64,000 nucleotides of DNA from positions 15,414 through 79,413 of the forward strand of contig JAVCBW010000016.1 in the NCBI GenBank assembly GCA_037917675.1, in the 5' to 3' direction. A program made the position numbers and the translations under genes. This DNA comes from Thermoproteota archaeon (GTDB taxonomy: Archaea; Korarchaeota; Korarchaeia; B14-G2). Shown here in pieces: positions 48,551 through 57,299 of the stretch. Numbering within the stretch: the stretch's first letter is position 1; each line of letters starts with the position of its first letter. The notes beneath the pieces are model-generated. The model had not been told where the DNA came from. It saw only the letters and a list, made by a program, of their open reading frames with translations, and ran no database searches.

Positions 48551-49531
48551 TTGGCTAAAATTGTTAGGAGGAGGCTTCAGGTCGTGGGTAGGTCTACGCT
48601 GGCTGTTACTCTTCCATCTGAGTGGGTGAGGAGGCTAAGACTTGGAAAGGGAGAGGAAGTCGCATTAATAATTCATGGAAACTCGCTTGCGGTCATGCCC
48701 TTAGAGAAAGGAGAAGAGGAAAAGACTGTAGAAGTACAGATAGATAGAGACCAAGTTATCCTTGAGAGACAGCTTCTCACACACTACCTCTCTGGATATA
48801 CTACAATAGTCATAAAGTCTAGTAGACCTCTTACACTGGATGAGAAGCATAGTGTAGGGAGGCTTCTGAGCAGGCTTGCTGGACTTGAGATAGTGGAAGA
48901 GAAAGCTGACTTAATCGTGATAAGGGACATATCAGATCCGACAGTCCTTCCAGTGAAGCAGGTCATTAAGAAAATGCATGAGATAGCTCTATCAATGCAG
49001 TCAGATGCGATAGTTTCCCTGATTAATTGTAATAGGATGCTAGCTGAAGACGTCGTTTCGAGAGACGAGATAGTTGATAGACTGTACTTTCTAGTGGTTA
49101 AACAGCTGAGAGCAGCGTCAGCAGACCCTCTGCTTGCAGCCAAGCTTAACATCACTCCGCTGGAATGCCTGGACTTAAGGACGGTAGCCAAGAGCATAGA
49201 GAACATGGGAGATTACGCAGAGGAGATAGGATCGCTGGCATTAGAGGAGTGCAGTAGAGAAGCTAGGGAGTTTTCAGACGAGCTCATGGAGCTGAGTAGC
49301 CGCATAAACGATATACATGCAAAAGCTATGGAATCCCTAATGAAGAGAGATGTAGTGCTGGCTGAAAGCGTCATATCGATGGAAGCAGAGTTCAAGAAGA
49401 AGACAACAGAGCTTCTGGAGCTTACAGCCAAGAAATCGGATAGGGTGCTAGTCAAGATGCACAGGGTAATCGATAACCTGAGGAGGATAGCAGAGTGTGG
49501 TAGAGACATAGCAGACATCGTGGTGCCATGA
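48551..49531 (+). CDS. phosphate uptake regulator (AbrB-PhoU-PhoU)
   Basis: RRLQVVG.STLAVTLPSEW AbrB domain; RDEIVDRLYF, ENMGDYA, RRIAE..DIAD PhoU motifs; start moved to TTG 48551. Confidence 0.9.
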   Translation: MAKIVRRRLQVVGRSTLAVTLPSEWVRRLRLGKGEEVALIIHGNSLAVMPLEKGEEEKTVEVQIDRDQVILERQLLTHYLSGYTTIVIKSSRPLTLDEKHSVGRLLSRLAGLEIVEEKADLIVIRDISDPTVLPVKQVIKKMHEIALSMQSDAIVSLINCNRMLAEDVVSRDEIVDRLYFLVVKQLRAASADPLLAAKLNITPLECLDLRTVAKSIENMGDYAEEIGSLALEECSREAREFSDELMELSSRINDIHAKAMESLMKRDVVLAESVISMEAEFKKKTTELLELTAKKSDRVLVKMHRVIDNLRRIAECGRDIADIVVP

Positions 49532-49663
49532 GCAGTACCGCTGTATTATGGCTAGCATCAGCTTTCTGCTTCATTGTGGAGGTAGTCTGGAAGAGGAAGA
49601 GGGCTAGCTCCCCTGCTAGGACACAGAAACCTTTTAATACCTTACACTACCAGCTCATCTGGT

Positions 49664-49769
49664 AGCCCCGTGGTGTAGCTGGCCAAGCATGGCGTGTCCT
49701 GCCCATAGGGCTCTGGACCCGCAGACGTCGGTGGTACTCCGGCGGGTTCGAATCCGACCGGGGCTACCA
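49664..49769 (+). tRNA. tRNA-Gln(CTG) with two non-canonical introns (29/30: 49695-49708; 53/54: 49732-49746) and encoded CCA
   Basis: removing both inserts gives AGCCCCG..GCGGG-CTCTGGA-CCCGC..GTCGG-TTCGAAT-CCGAC-CGGGGCT-A-CCA; both junctions fold as bulge-helix-bulge; TTTTAATA TATA box upstream. Confidence 0.92.
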
Positions 49770-50528
49770 CCTGCTTGTAAGATCTATGAGCTTCGCTTGT
49801 CTCCTTGGCATCAGCAGCCTGAGGAGATCCTCCTTCCTAAGCACTCTAGCCTCAAGCCCTCGGACTGCGAGAGCTTTCCTAGAGTCCTCAGTGATGTGCA
49901 TTGCCACAAGGATGCCTCGTACATCCCTGTTGGGGTAGGCTGACCTAATGCTTCTCACATACCTCTCTAGCTGGGCAGCAGGTGCCTCACCAGATGCCTT
50001 TCTCTTGACCTCAATGACGACAAGCCTTCCTTGGGAATCCTCGCATAGGAGGTCGGCTATGCCAAGCTCTGTCTTCTTCTGAAGACTCACTGTTCTCATT
50101 CCATGCTCTATTATCGATGGATCGTTTATTATAGCCTCGTATATCGCTGACTCAGGTAGAAACGATATGATAGCTTCATCATCATGCAGCCTTAATGAGT
50201 ATAGCAGGTATACTCTGAGTACTCTCAGGGTAACTATCTCTAGAGGCTTTCGCCTTACTGCTGTTATGACTAGCTGGCTACCCTCGAGATTATAGGAAAA
50301 GACACATCCACTAGGCTGCCACATTACTGGTGTAGGAGAGGTAGGCTGCTGGAGTTGCATAGAGGAGTCCTGCTTGATTATGAGCAGACGATCTCCCTCA
50401 GCTAGGTAAGCCTCACCCCTACCAATATAGGATGCAGAGCATCTCATAGCTAAAACTATGGTTTCCCTCCCAGTTAAAGACCTTAACGCCTCAAGAACCT
50501 CGTCTAACTGCGGCTGCTCCATCAGCAT
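49764..50528 (-). CDS. nucS: endonuclease NucS/EndoMS
   Basis: Y.GR...L..GDRLLIIK.D, PVMWQP, G.ADL...D..G..VVIEVKR, QLERY motifs. Confidence 0.93.
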   Translation of the reverse strand: MLMEQPQLDEVLEALRSLTGRETIVLAMRCSASYIGRGEAYLAEGDRLLIIKQDSSMQLQQPTSPTPVMWQPSGCVFSYNLEGSQLVITAVRRKPLEIVTLRVLRVYLLYSLRLHDDEAIISFLPESAIYEAIINDPSIIEHGMRTVSLQKKTELGIADLLCEDSQGRLVVIEVKRKASGEAPAAQLERYVRSIRSAYPNRDVRGILVAMHITEDSRKALAVRGLEARVLRKEDLLRLLMPRRQAKLIDLTSRW

Positions 50529-50577
50529 GCTATCTACTAAGCCTTAAGACTTCTAGGTAGAATAAGTTAATGGAGAG

Positions 50578-52635
50578 ATGATGCCTAGGATTGGCAGAGA
50601 GAGACTGAGGGAGATATCAGATCTCATGAAGAAAAAAGAAGCTATCAGGAACATTGGAATAGTAGCTCATGTCGACCACGGGAAGACCACTCTAAGTGAT
50701 AGACTTCTCTCTGCAGGAGGTGTGATATCTGACACCCTAGCTGGAGCCCTGCTGTATCTAGACTATCTTGAAGTAGAAAAGAGAAGAAGGATGACTGTAA
50801 AGTCAGCTAGCTGTACATTCATATATAGCGATAGTAGTGGAAAAATGAGGCTGCTGGTTAATCTGGTTGACACACCAGGGCACATAGACTTCAGCGGGTA
50901 TGTTAGCAGAAGCTTAAGACTAATAGACTCAGCTATACTGGTTGTAGATGCTGTCGAGGGGGTAATGGTTCAAACAGAGAACTACTTGAGACTTGCTCTG
51001 AAAGAGATGGTCAAGCCGCTACTATTCATAAACAAGATTGACAGGCTCATTTTAGAGCTGCGATATAGTGAAGATGAAATAAAGGAGAGAGTAGTTGAGA
51101 TAGTTGAGGACATTAACCAGCTTATTGAGTCTTTCCTACCAGAGAAGTATGATAGTTGGAAGATAAAGGCTGATAGGGGGCTGATCATCGGGTCAGCGCT
51201 CGATGGATGGGGGGTAACAGCTGAGATAGCTAGAGAGACAGGTGTTAGATTAAGAGATGTTATGAGAGCATACGAGAGTAGGAGAAGCATCGCAAGAAAG
51301 CTGCCACTTCATAGGGCCATAATGAGGGAGGTCTATAGAAGCTCTCCCTCTCCAGTTGAAGCCCAAAGGTACAGATCAGAGGTTTTATGGGGAGATAAGC
51401 TAGGAGAAGCTGAGAAAAAGGCTGTAGCAAGCTGTAGTGATGAGGGGCCTCTGATAGCTATCGTCGGCAACATAGACTTCGATAGCTCAGGTAGACCGAT
51501 TCCAACACTCAGAGTATTCTCAGGGAGCATATCACATGGCACAATGCTTCACCTGTTGGGGGCAGGGGAGAGAGGAAAGGTGCAGGCAGTGTACATTCCA
51601 GTAGGTAAGGGGAGAGCCCAGATAGAGAGGATTCTAGCTGGGAATATAGCAGTGTGCACTGGGCTGAAGCAAGTTGCTTCAGGAGAGACGATAGTGGGAG
51701 AAGGTGTTCAGAGAGCTGAGCCTATTGAGCCACCATACTACCTCTCAGAGCCTGTAGTATGTGTCACGGTGGAGCCTGAGAGCCCCAGCGAAGTCGAGAA
51801 GGTGACAGCTGAGCTAGAGAAGCTGAAGCTGAGAGAGCCGCTCATAGGATATCAGGTTGATGAAGAAACAGGTGAGATAATAGTGCATGGAGTCGGAGAG
51901 CTACAGCTTGAGATAGTAGCGGAGCTTATAGCTAATACGACAGCAGTCAAAGTAGGAGAACCAACAGTAGTCCTACGTGAGAAAGCTACCACATGCTCTG
52001 GAGACATAGCTGTAGTTAGTCCAGATGGAAGCTGTAGGCTGCTGCTAGTATGCAAGCCCATCGAAGAAGCAAACATTGATGCCAACGCTATGAGAGGAGA
52101 AAATGAGTGCATGCTAAAAGCACCATCTATGCTCGAGGTAGATAGAGACCTTATGCTCAGAGTGCTTGCAGAGTTCTCTAGAAGAGGACCAGTCTGCGGA
52201 GAGCCTGTATGGAAAAGCTTCTTTGAGATTAAGGAGATACGTTGCAAAGGCAGATTGAGCACAGCTCAGGTGCTGGCAGCGCTCGCAAGAGGGCTCAAGG
52301 AAGCCTTCTTAGCCGCAAAACCGGGGCTATTTGAGCCTGTTGGAGAGATAGAGGTCTATACGCCATCAGAGCTGGTTGGTGTAGTCGAGGGGATCCTTAG
52401 GAGGAGAAGAAGCAGCATCCATGAGGTAAGCTCCACTGGAGCATATTCTGTAATCAGGGGAGAGATGCCGATCTCTGGGACCTTTGGGTTATCCAGTGAG
52501 CTTAGAGCAGCAACGTCTGGAAGAGCAATCTATAACATACAGCCCTCTGGATATAGGCAGATGGAGAGGAATGCAGCTGAGAAAGCCATAGAAGAAAGGA
52601 GGAAGAAGAGAGGCATGCACCCTCTTCGACTATGA
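50578..52635 (+). CDS. elongation factor 2 paralog (aEF-2p), lacking the diphthamide loop
   Basis: AHVDHGKTT, DTPGH, NKID GTPase motifs and EF-2 domain order; 685 aa; HEDxxHRGPAQ replaced by RCKGRLSTAQ. Confidence 0.88.
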   Translation: MMPRIGRERLREISDLMKKKEAIRNIGIVAHVDHGKTTLSDRLLSAGGVISDTLAGALLYLDYLEVEKRRRMTVKSASCTFIYSDSSGKMRLLVNLVDTPGHIDFSGYVSRSLRLIDSAILVVDAVEGVMVQTENYLRLALKEMVKPLLFINKIDRLILELRYSEDEIKERVVEIVEDINQLIESFLPEKYDSWKIKADRGLIIGSALDGWGVTAEIARETGVRLRDVMRAYESRRSIARKLPLHRAIMREVYRSSPSPVEAQRYRSEVLWGDKLGEAEKKAVASCSDEGPLIAIVGNIDFDSSGRPIPTLRVFSGSISHGTMLHLLGAGERGKVQAVYIPVGKGRAQIERILAGNIAVCTGLKQVASGETIVGEGVQRAEPIEPPYYLSEPVVCVTVEPESPSEVEKVTAELEKLKLREPLIGYQVDEETGEIIVHGVGELQLEIVAELIANTTAVKVGEPTVVLREKATTCSGDIAVVSPDGSCRLLLVCKPIEEANIDANAMRGENECMLKAPSMLEVDRDLMLRVLAEFSRRGPVCGEPVWKSFFEIKEIRCKGRLSTAQVLAALARGLKEAFLAAKPGLFEPVGEIEVYTPSELVGVVEGILRRRRSSIHEVSSTGAYSVIRGEMPISGTFGLSSELRAATSGRAIYNIQPSGYRQMERNAAEKAIEERRKKRGMHPLRL

Positions 52636-52690
52636 AGCTGATGTAAGCTACCACCAATGATACTAAGCTGTCTGAAGGTGAAGACAGGAG

Positions 52691-53443
52691 ATGACTGGGC
52701 TGTTAGAGAGTCTTAAAGAAGTCCTCATAGTCCTAGTTGAGCCAGAAGACCCGCTTAACATTGGGAGCATAGCTAGAGCCATGAAAAATCTTGGGTATAG
52801 AAAGCTGGTTTTAGTTAACCCGGCTATAGGGTGGAGGAAAAAGGCAGAAATCACGGCTAGGAAGGCAGCAGACATATTAGATGATGCAGTAGAGTGTGAT
52901 AGCCTCACTGAAGCCGTCGAAGGCAGCACGCTAGTTGTGGGAACGACAGCAAAGACAGGTGGGCCAAGAGCAGTTGTAAGAAAGGTAGTTGACGCCGACC
53001 TGTTTTTTAGCGGCTTCAAGTGGTCACCTGCAGGGATAGCAATAGTATTTGGTAGAGAGAGCATAGGACTTAAGGTCGATGAACTAGCTATGTGTGATGT
53101 GCTCATCAGAATATCAACTGACATACAGTATCCTACGATGAATCTAGCAGTAGCAGCAGCAATCGTGATGTATGAGCTCAGGAGGAGCCTGAAATATAAG
53201 ACTAAGACTGCTAAGCCTCCACACCCAAAGCTCAGGAGAGAGTTGATTAACTGCATAGAGGAGCTTACAAAGAGAGCAGGTTACCCTGAGTTTAAGAGAA
53301 AGAGTGCAGCCCTACTGCTGAGGCGAGTGATCCTCGGATGCGCCCCACATATGCTAACCCATGAAGAATGTGAAAGAATAGTTGGTTTATTAAGGAAGGC
53401 AACCAGAAGGATTGGGGGAAGCTATGCCTCTCAGGCCAGGTAG
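52691..53443 (+). CDS. TrmJ/LasT family SPOUT RNA methyltransferase
   Basis: LVEP...NIGSIARAMKNLG, FGRESIGL, YPTMNLAVAA motifs. Confidence 0.92.
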   Translation: MTGLLESLKEVLIVLVEPEDPLNIGSIARAMKNLGYRKLVLVNPAIGWRKKAEITARKAADILDDAVECDSLTEAVEGSTLVVGTTAKTGGPRAVVRKVVDADLFFSGFKWSPAGIAIVFGRESIGLKVDELAMCDVLIRISTDIQYPTMNLAVAAAIVMYELRRSLKYKTKTAKPPHPKLRRELINCIEELTKRAGYPEFKRKSAALLLRRVILGCAPHMLTHEECERIVGLLRKATRRIGGSYASQAR

Positions 53444-53927
53444 ATGTGATAGGCGCGCTAAGAGGCCATATACGCGTAAAGAGTACATCAAGGGGCCTCC
53501 AGACCCCAAGATAAGGGTTTTTGTCGGTGGAAGCTGGGATAAGGAGTTCGAGTACGCCTTAACTATCATATCTGATGCAGACATAGTTGTTAGAAGCAAC
53601 GCTCTAGAGGCTCTGAGAGTGATGACGATGAAGACCTTTGATAAGAAGATAGGCCCTGAAAACTACAAGTATCAGGTTAGGGCTTACCCACACCACATAA
53701 TAAGAAGACATGCTCTAGCAGGAGTGCATAAGGCAGAAAGGCTACAGAAGGGAATGAGGCTTGCATTTGGGAGACCTGAGGTGGCCGGAGCTATGGTCAG
53801 GAGAGGGAGACCTATACTGACAGTCTGGGTCAACAGAGAGCACCTAGAGCTTGCAAGGCAGCTTCTCCAGAGGGTGAGGGGGAAAATTCCTCCTCCAACC
53901 TCGATTGTCGTGGAGAAGGCAGCGTGA
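53424..53927 (+). CDS. rpl10e: 50S ribosomal protein uL16 (L10e)
   Basis: MPLRPGRC, PYTRKEYI, NALEA.R, YPHHI.R, GMRLAFG.P motifs. Confidence 0.95.
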   Translation: MPLRPGRCDRRAKRPYTRKEYIKGPPDPKIRVFVGGSWDKEFEYALTIISDADIVVRSNALEALRVMTMKTFDKKIGPENYKYQVRAYPHHIIRRHALAGVHKAERLQKGMRLAFGRPEVAGAMVRRGRPILTVWVNREHLELARQLLQRVRGKIPPPTSIVVEKAA

Positions 53928-54574
53928 ACCTCATAACTCTAGCTAGCTGCAAGGAGAGGATACTTAAGGAGAGAGACCTCGAGATAGAGCTTGAGCACAT
54001 AGAGGCTCCGATATATTCGAAGGTTGAGCTAGAACAGTATAGGACTCCACCGCCGTTAGCAGCTAAACTCGTATACTTCGCATGGAAAATGGGTGATATA
54101 GAGAATAAGACGGTAGTTGATCTCGGCTGTGGAACAGGTATCTTGGGTATAGCGTCTGCCATAATGGGTGCTACTAAGGTGATTTGCGTAGATATAGATA
54201 GGAGCATGCTTGCTTTAGCTATGAAAAACGCGAGGAAAATGCGTGTCTTATGCAAGATGGAGTTCATCCAGGCAGATATCAGAGAGAAGCTCGGCATAAG
54301 AGGAGATACAGTAGTTCAGAACCCACCTTTCGGCGTGAAAAAGAGGGGGGCAGACGTGATGTTTCTGCAAGCAGCGATAGATATCGCAGATGTTGTCTAT
54401 ACAATACATAAGAGAGCAGCTAGGAAATTTATACTTGAGAAGATAACGGACATGGGGTGTAAAGCTACCCACATACTTGAAGCATCAATTCTTATACCTC
54501 CAACGATGAATTTTCACAGGAAGATGAAGCATGAAACTGCTGTCGACTTGATTAGGATTGAGGTGGTTAGATGA
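53924..54574 (+). CDS. METTL5-family methyltransferase
   Basis: LEQYRTP, DLGCGTG, QNPPFG motifs. Confidence 0.92.
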   Translation: MNLITLASCKERILKERDLEIELEHIEAPIYSKVELEQYRTPPPLAAKLVYFAWKMGDIENKTVVDLGCGTGILGIASAIMGATKVICVDIDRSMLALAMKNARKMRVLCKMEFIQADIREKLGIRGDTVVQNPPFGVKKRGADVMFLQAAIDIADVVYTIHKRAARKFILEKITDMGCKATHILEASILIPPTMNFHRKMKHETAVDLIRIEVVR

Positions 54575-55143
54575 ATATAGTGGTTCCTGGAGAGAAGCTG
54601 GGGGTTGTAGAAGCCTACATAGGAGGAGAGGGAACTTACCAAAGGGATGGAGTAATCTACTCTAAATATGTTGGGATGCTAGAGGTAAGTGGTAGAGAGG
54701 TGAGAGTACACAGAGTTAGAGAGCACGGGATTCCAGCAGTAGGCCAGCTTGTCTTGGCAGAAGTAACAGGGAAAAACGGGCTAATCGCATTGACAAAGGT
54801 TTGGGGGCTATGGGTGAGTGAAAAGAAGATAAAGATCCTTAAGAATCCATTTACAGCAGCTCTCATACAGCATGAGAGTACAGGTGAGCTAAATGTCTCA
54901 GACATCATCATAGCGAGAGTCAGCAGCATAATAGGAAAGCAAATCCTCTTGGAAATGCCTCCGGGAGTAAAGGAGGTAGGAGTAGTGTTGTCCATATGTG
55001 GATACTGTGGAGCTCTGAGAAAGAGATATGGTTATAGCCTTGTCTGCAGTAATTGTGGCAGAGTAGATACATCTATAAGGATATCATACTACTATGGTCT
55101 GCAGCTCAAAGGTGAGAGAAGTGAGGCGGAAGCTATCGCTTAA
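54571..55143 (+). CDS. csl4: exosome RNA-binding protein Csl4
   Basis: VVPGEKLG..E....GEGTY N-terminus, S1 domain, GVV...CGYC..CSNCG Zn ribbon. Confidence 0.85.
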   Translation: MNIVVPGEKLGVVEAYIGGEGTYQRDGVIYSKYVGMLEVSGREVRVHRVREHGIPAVGQLVLAEVTGKNGLIALTKVWGLWVSEKKIKILKNPFTAALIQHESTGELNVSDIIIARVSSIIGKQILLEMPPGVKEVGVVLSICGYCGALRKRYGYSLVCSNCGRVDTSIRISYYYGLQLKGERSEAEAIA

Positions 55144-55732
55144 CGTTAACAACATGGAAGAAGTGGAGAAAGTGGTAGAAATGCTTAGGAAGAAAGCTAG
55201 AAGAGGAGAGTTCAGAGTGAGATACCATGGAGGTAGGCTGGAGATAATATACGACAGCAAGGCGGTCAGCCCTGAGGTAGAATGGAGGATTAAGGAGGCA
55301 GTCAAGGACTTCATAGGAATCTATAAGCCTAAGGGCGTGCTCAGGAGATATCCATACTGGTGGATTCAAGAGAAAGCTGGGAGAGCATCTATAGCATCGA
55401 TAATCAAAGCAGTAGAGTCAGAAGGGCATAGAGTACTCGACTCCAAAGAGGAACAGGCGTTTTACTCAGATATAGGAGTTAAAGAGATGGAGAAGCTTGC
55501 TGCAGAGTTTGGAGAAGCATATAGAGAAGCCTTAAAGCTTGTCGGAACAAGGCATATAAGCACGCTGCTGGCGCTCTGTACCCTAAAGACTGGAATACCT
55601 CCAGAGGAAGTATTTGAGGAATGCCTAGAGCATGGAATCTTAAGAGAAGTCGAGGGAGGTTATCAACTAGCAAAGTCACCTGAGAAGATGTTTGAATGCA
55701 TAGTTAGAGGGGGTAAAAGTGAGGGTGAGTGA
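55121..55732 (+). CDS. DUF2067-like protein
   Basis: conserved position between csl4 and rpoL; size about 200 aa; GGTGA SD before GTG 55121. Confidence 0.6.
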   Translation: MRRKLSLNVNNMEEVEKVVEMLRKKARRGEFRVRYHGGRLEIIYDSKAVSPEVEWRIKEAVKDFIGIYKPKGVLRRYPYWWIQEKAGRASIASIIKAVESEGHRVLDSKEEQAFYSDIGVKEMEKLAAEFGEAYREALKLVGTRHISTLLALCTLKTGIPPEEVFEECLEHGILREVEGGYQLAKSPEKMFECIVRGGKSEGE

Positions 55733-55991
55733 GGTCAAGAGGAGAAATGGAGGTATAGTGCTCCTCATTGATGGTGAGAGGCATACGATCCCAAATCTGG
55801 TTGTTGAAGAGCTCAATAAGATGAAGGAAGTAGAGTGGGCTGGATATCAGCTCACTCACCCGCTTGAAAACAGAGTCTATCTCACAATCAAAGTTAAGAA
55901 GGGAGTGGAGCCTCTGGAGGTGTTGATAAAGGCATTAGACAGGCTAATATTGGAATATAAGGAGGTTCTCGAAGCTCTTAGGGGAAGCTAG
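55719..55991 (+). CDS. rpoL: RNA polymerase subunit L (Rpo11)
   Basis: GERHTIPNL, AGYQLTHPL motifs. Confidence 0.93.
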   Translation: MRVSEVKRRNGGIVLLIDGERHTIPNLVVEELNKMKEVEWAGYQLTHPLENRVYLTIKVKKGVEPLEVLIKALDRLILEYKEVLEALRGS

Positions 55992-56548
55992 CGCAACGCA
56001 GAAGCTATTAGACAAGCTATTCTCAGAGGCTCAGGATAACTGCTCAGGACGCATAGCCTTCTGAGAGTATGCATCATATCCTCTGCATCTAAGCCAATAT
56101 ATGAAGCATACACGGGCTTCCCCTTCAGGAAAAACCTTTGAAATGGAGGCTGGTCCCTAAGGATGGCTTCAATCCTCTTTGATGACCCCAGTATTGACCT
56201 CGCAGCAGCTAAGAGGCGTGAGTTACTAGGGGGTTTAAGCACAATCGAGATGACTGGGCGGCGAGTCTCCTCATAAAGCTGCCTTATGTTAACTACATTA
56301 AGCCCACCAAATACTGTCCCATGGAGGATTAGCAGCCTAACCTGATCTTTGGCAGGATGCGAGTTTGCAATCTTACATATCTTTTGAGTAGAGTCTGTAC
56401 CATCGATCTGGATGTCCTCCCTGAAGACCCCCTCGATTAACAGGGCTCCTCTAGTCATCACGCCTATTATCGACGTTTTCTCACTTACCCCTCGTTGAAA
56501 AGGGACGTCATCGAATGCTAAGATGCGGATACCAGGCTTCAAGCGCAT
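55988..56548 (-). CDS. DUF99 family protein (endonuclease V-like fold)
   Basis: RILAFDD.PF, DGTDST, G..FGGLNVV, PEPLRIA motifs. Confidence 0.9.
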   Translation of the reverse strand: MRLKPGIRILAFDDVPFQRGVSEKTSIIGVMTRGALLIEGVFREDIQIDGTDSTQKICKIANSHPAKDQVRLLILHGTVFGGLNVVNIRQLYEETRRPVISIVLKPPSNSRLLAAARSILGSSKRIEAILRDQPPFQRFFLKGKPVYASYIGLDAEDMMHTLRRLCVLSSYPEPLRIACLIASALR

Positions 56549-56600
56549 GGTAGCTAGCCTCTACTTTTTTAACTTAGTATGGCGAAAGCTTTAAGTGATT

Positions 56601-56930
56601 ATGTTGTTCTGCCCAAAGTGCGGTACCCTCCTTTCAGTGAGAAGAGAAGATGGAGAGATTGTAAAGAGGTGCCCTAACTGCGGTTATATCGAGGAGGTGA
56701 CGGCTCCATCAGCTACAGCTAGGGTTACTAGAAGACGGGCAGAGAAGAAGCCTGGAGTAGTTGCAGTCACACAGATAGAAGAGGGGCTTCCAATAACCGA
56801 TGAAGAGTGCCCGAAGTGCGGTAACGTTGGAGCTTACTGGTGGATAGAGCAGACGAGGAGCGGCGATGAGCCGCCAACGAGATTCTATAGATGCGTTAAA
56901 TGTAAGCATACATGGAGAGAGTATGCATGA
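56601..56930 (+). CDS. tfs: transcription factor S
   Basis: two Zn ribbons and QTRSGDEP catalytic hairpin, HTWREY. Confidence 0.96.
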   Translation: MLFCPKCGTLLSVRREDGEIVKRCPNCGYIEEVTAPSATARVTRRRAEKKPGVVAVTQIEEGLPITDEECPKCGNVGAYWWIEQTRSGDEPPTRFYRCVKCKHTWREYA

Positions 56931-56939
56931 GAGGGGAGA

Positions 56940-57254
56940 ATGGTAGAGCGAGGATACGTGATGAAGCAGCTAAGCAGCATAAATAGAGTAGATGACCTAG
57001 CAATGTTCGCTGGGATAGTTGTTGAAAAGGGGGAGGGGTTTCTGGTTGTGGCTGCTGATGGAAAATGGAAGGCTAGAGTATATTACAGTGGATTTGATGA
57101 GATTAAGGTCTCAGAGCCTGTTGTTATAGCAGGGACAGTCATAGGTGTAGGAGAGGTTATCGAGGTAGCAGGTGACCTGATAGCTAGAATAGACATGGAA
57201 ACATACAACATGTTCAGGAAGGTAGCTAAGCTCCTGGACTTACATGGATTCTAG
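56940..57254 (+). CDS. small OB-fold protein, RPA14/RPA3-like
   Basis: LSSI..DD.AMFAGIVV, ADG, KVSEPVVIAGTV and a C-terminal helix resemble Thermococcales RPA14; located before PCNA. Confidence 0.6.
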   Translation: MVERGYVMKQLSSINRVDDLAMFAGIVVEKGEGFLVVAADGKWKARVYYSGFDEIKVSEPVVIAGTVIGVGEVIEVAGDLIARIDMETYNMFRKVAKLLDLHGF

Positions 57255-57299
57255 CAAACTTTATTTACTGTGTGAAAAGCAGACAACTGGGGATGCTAG

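Noticed and set aside
52632-52675. Box C/D sRNA between the EF-2 paralog and trmJ
   Set aside because: CTGA is present, but the C-box matches are poor and the guide spacing is too short
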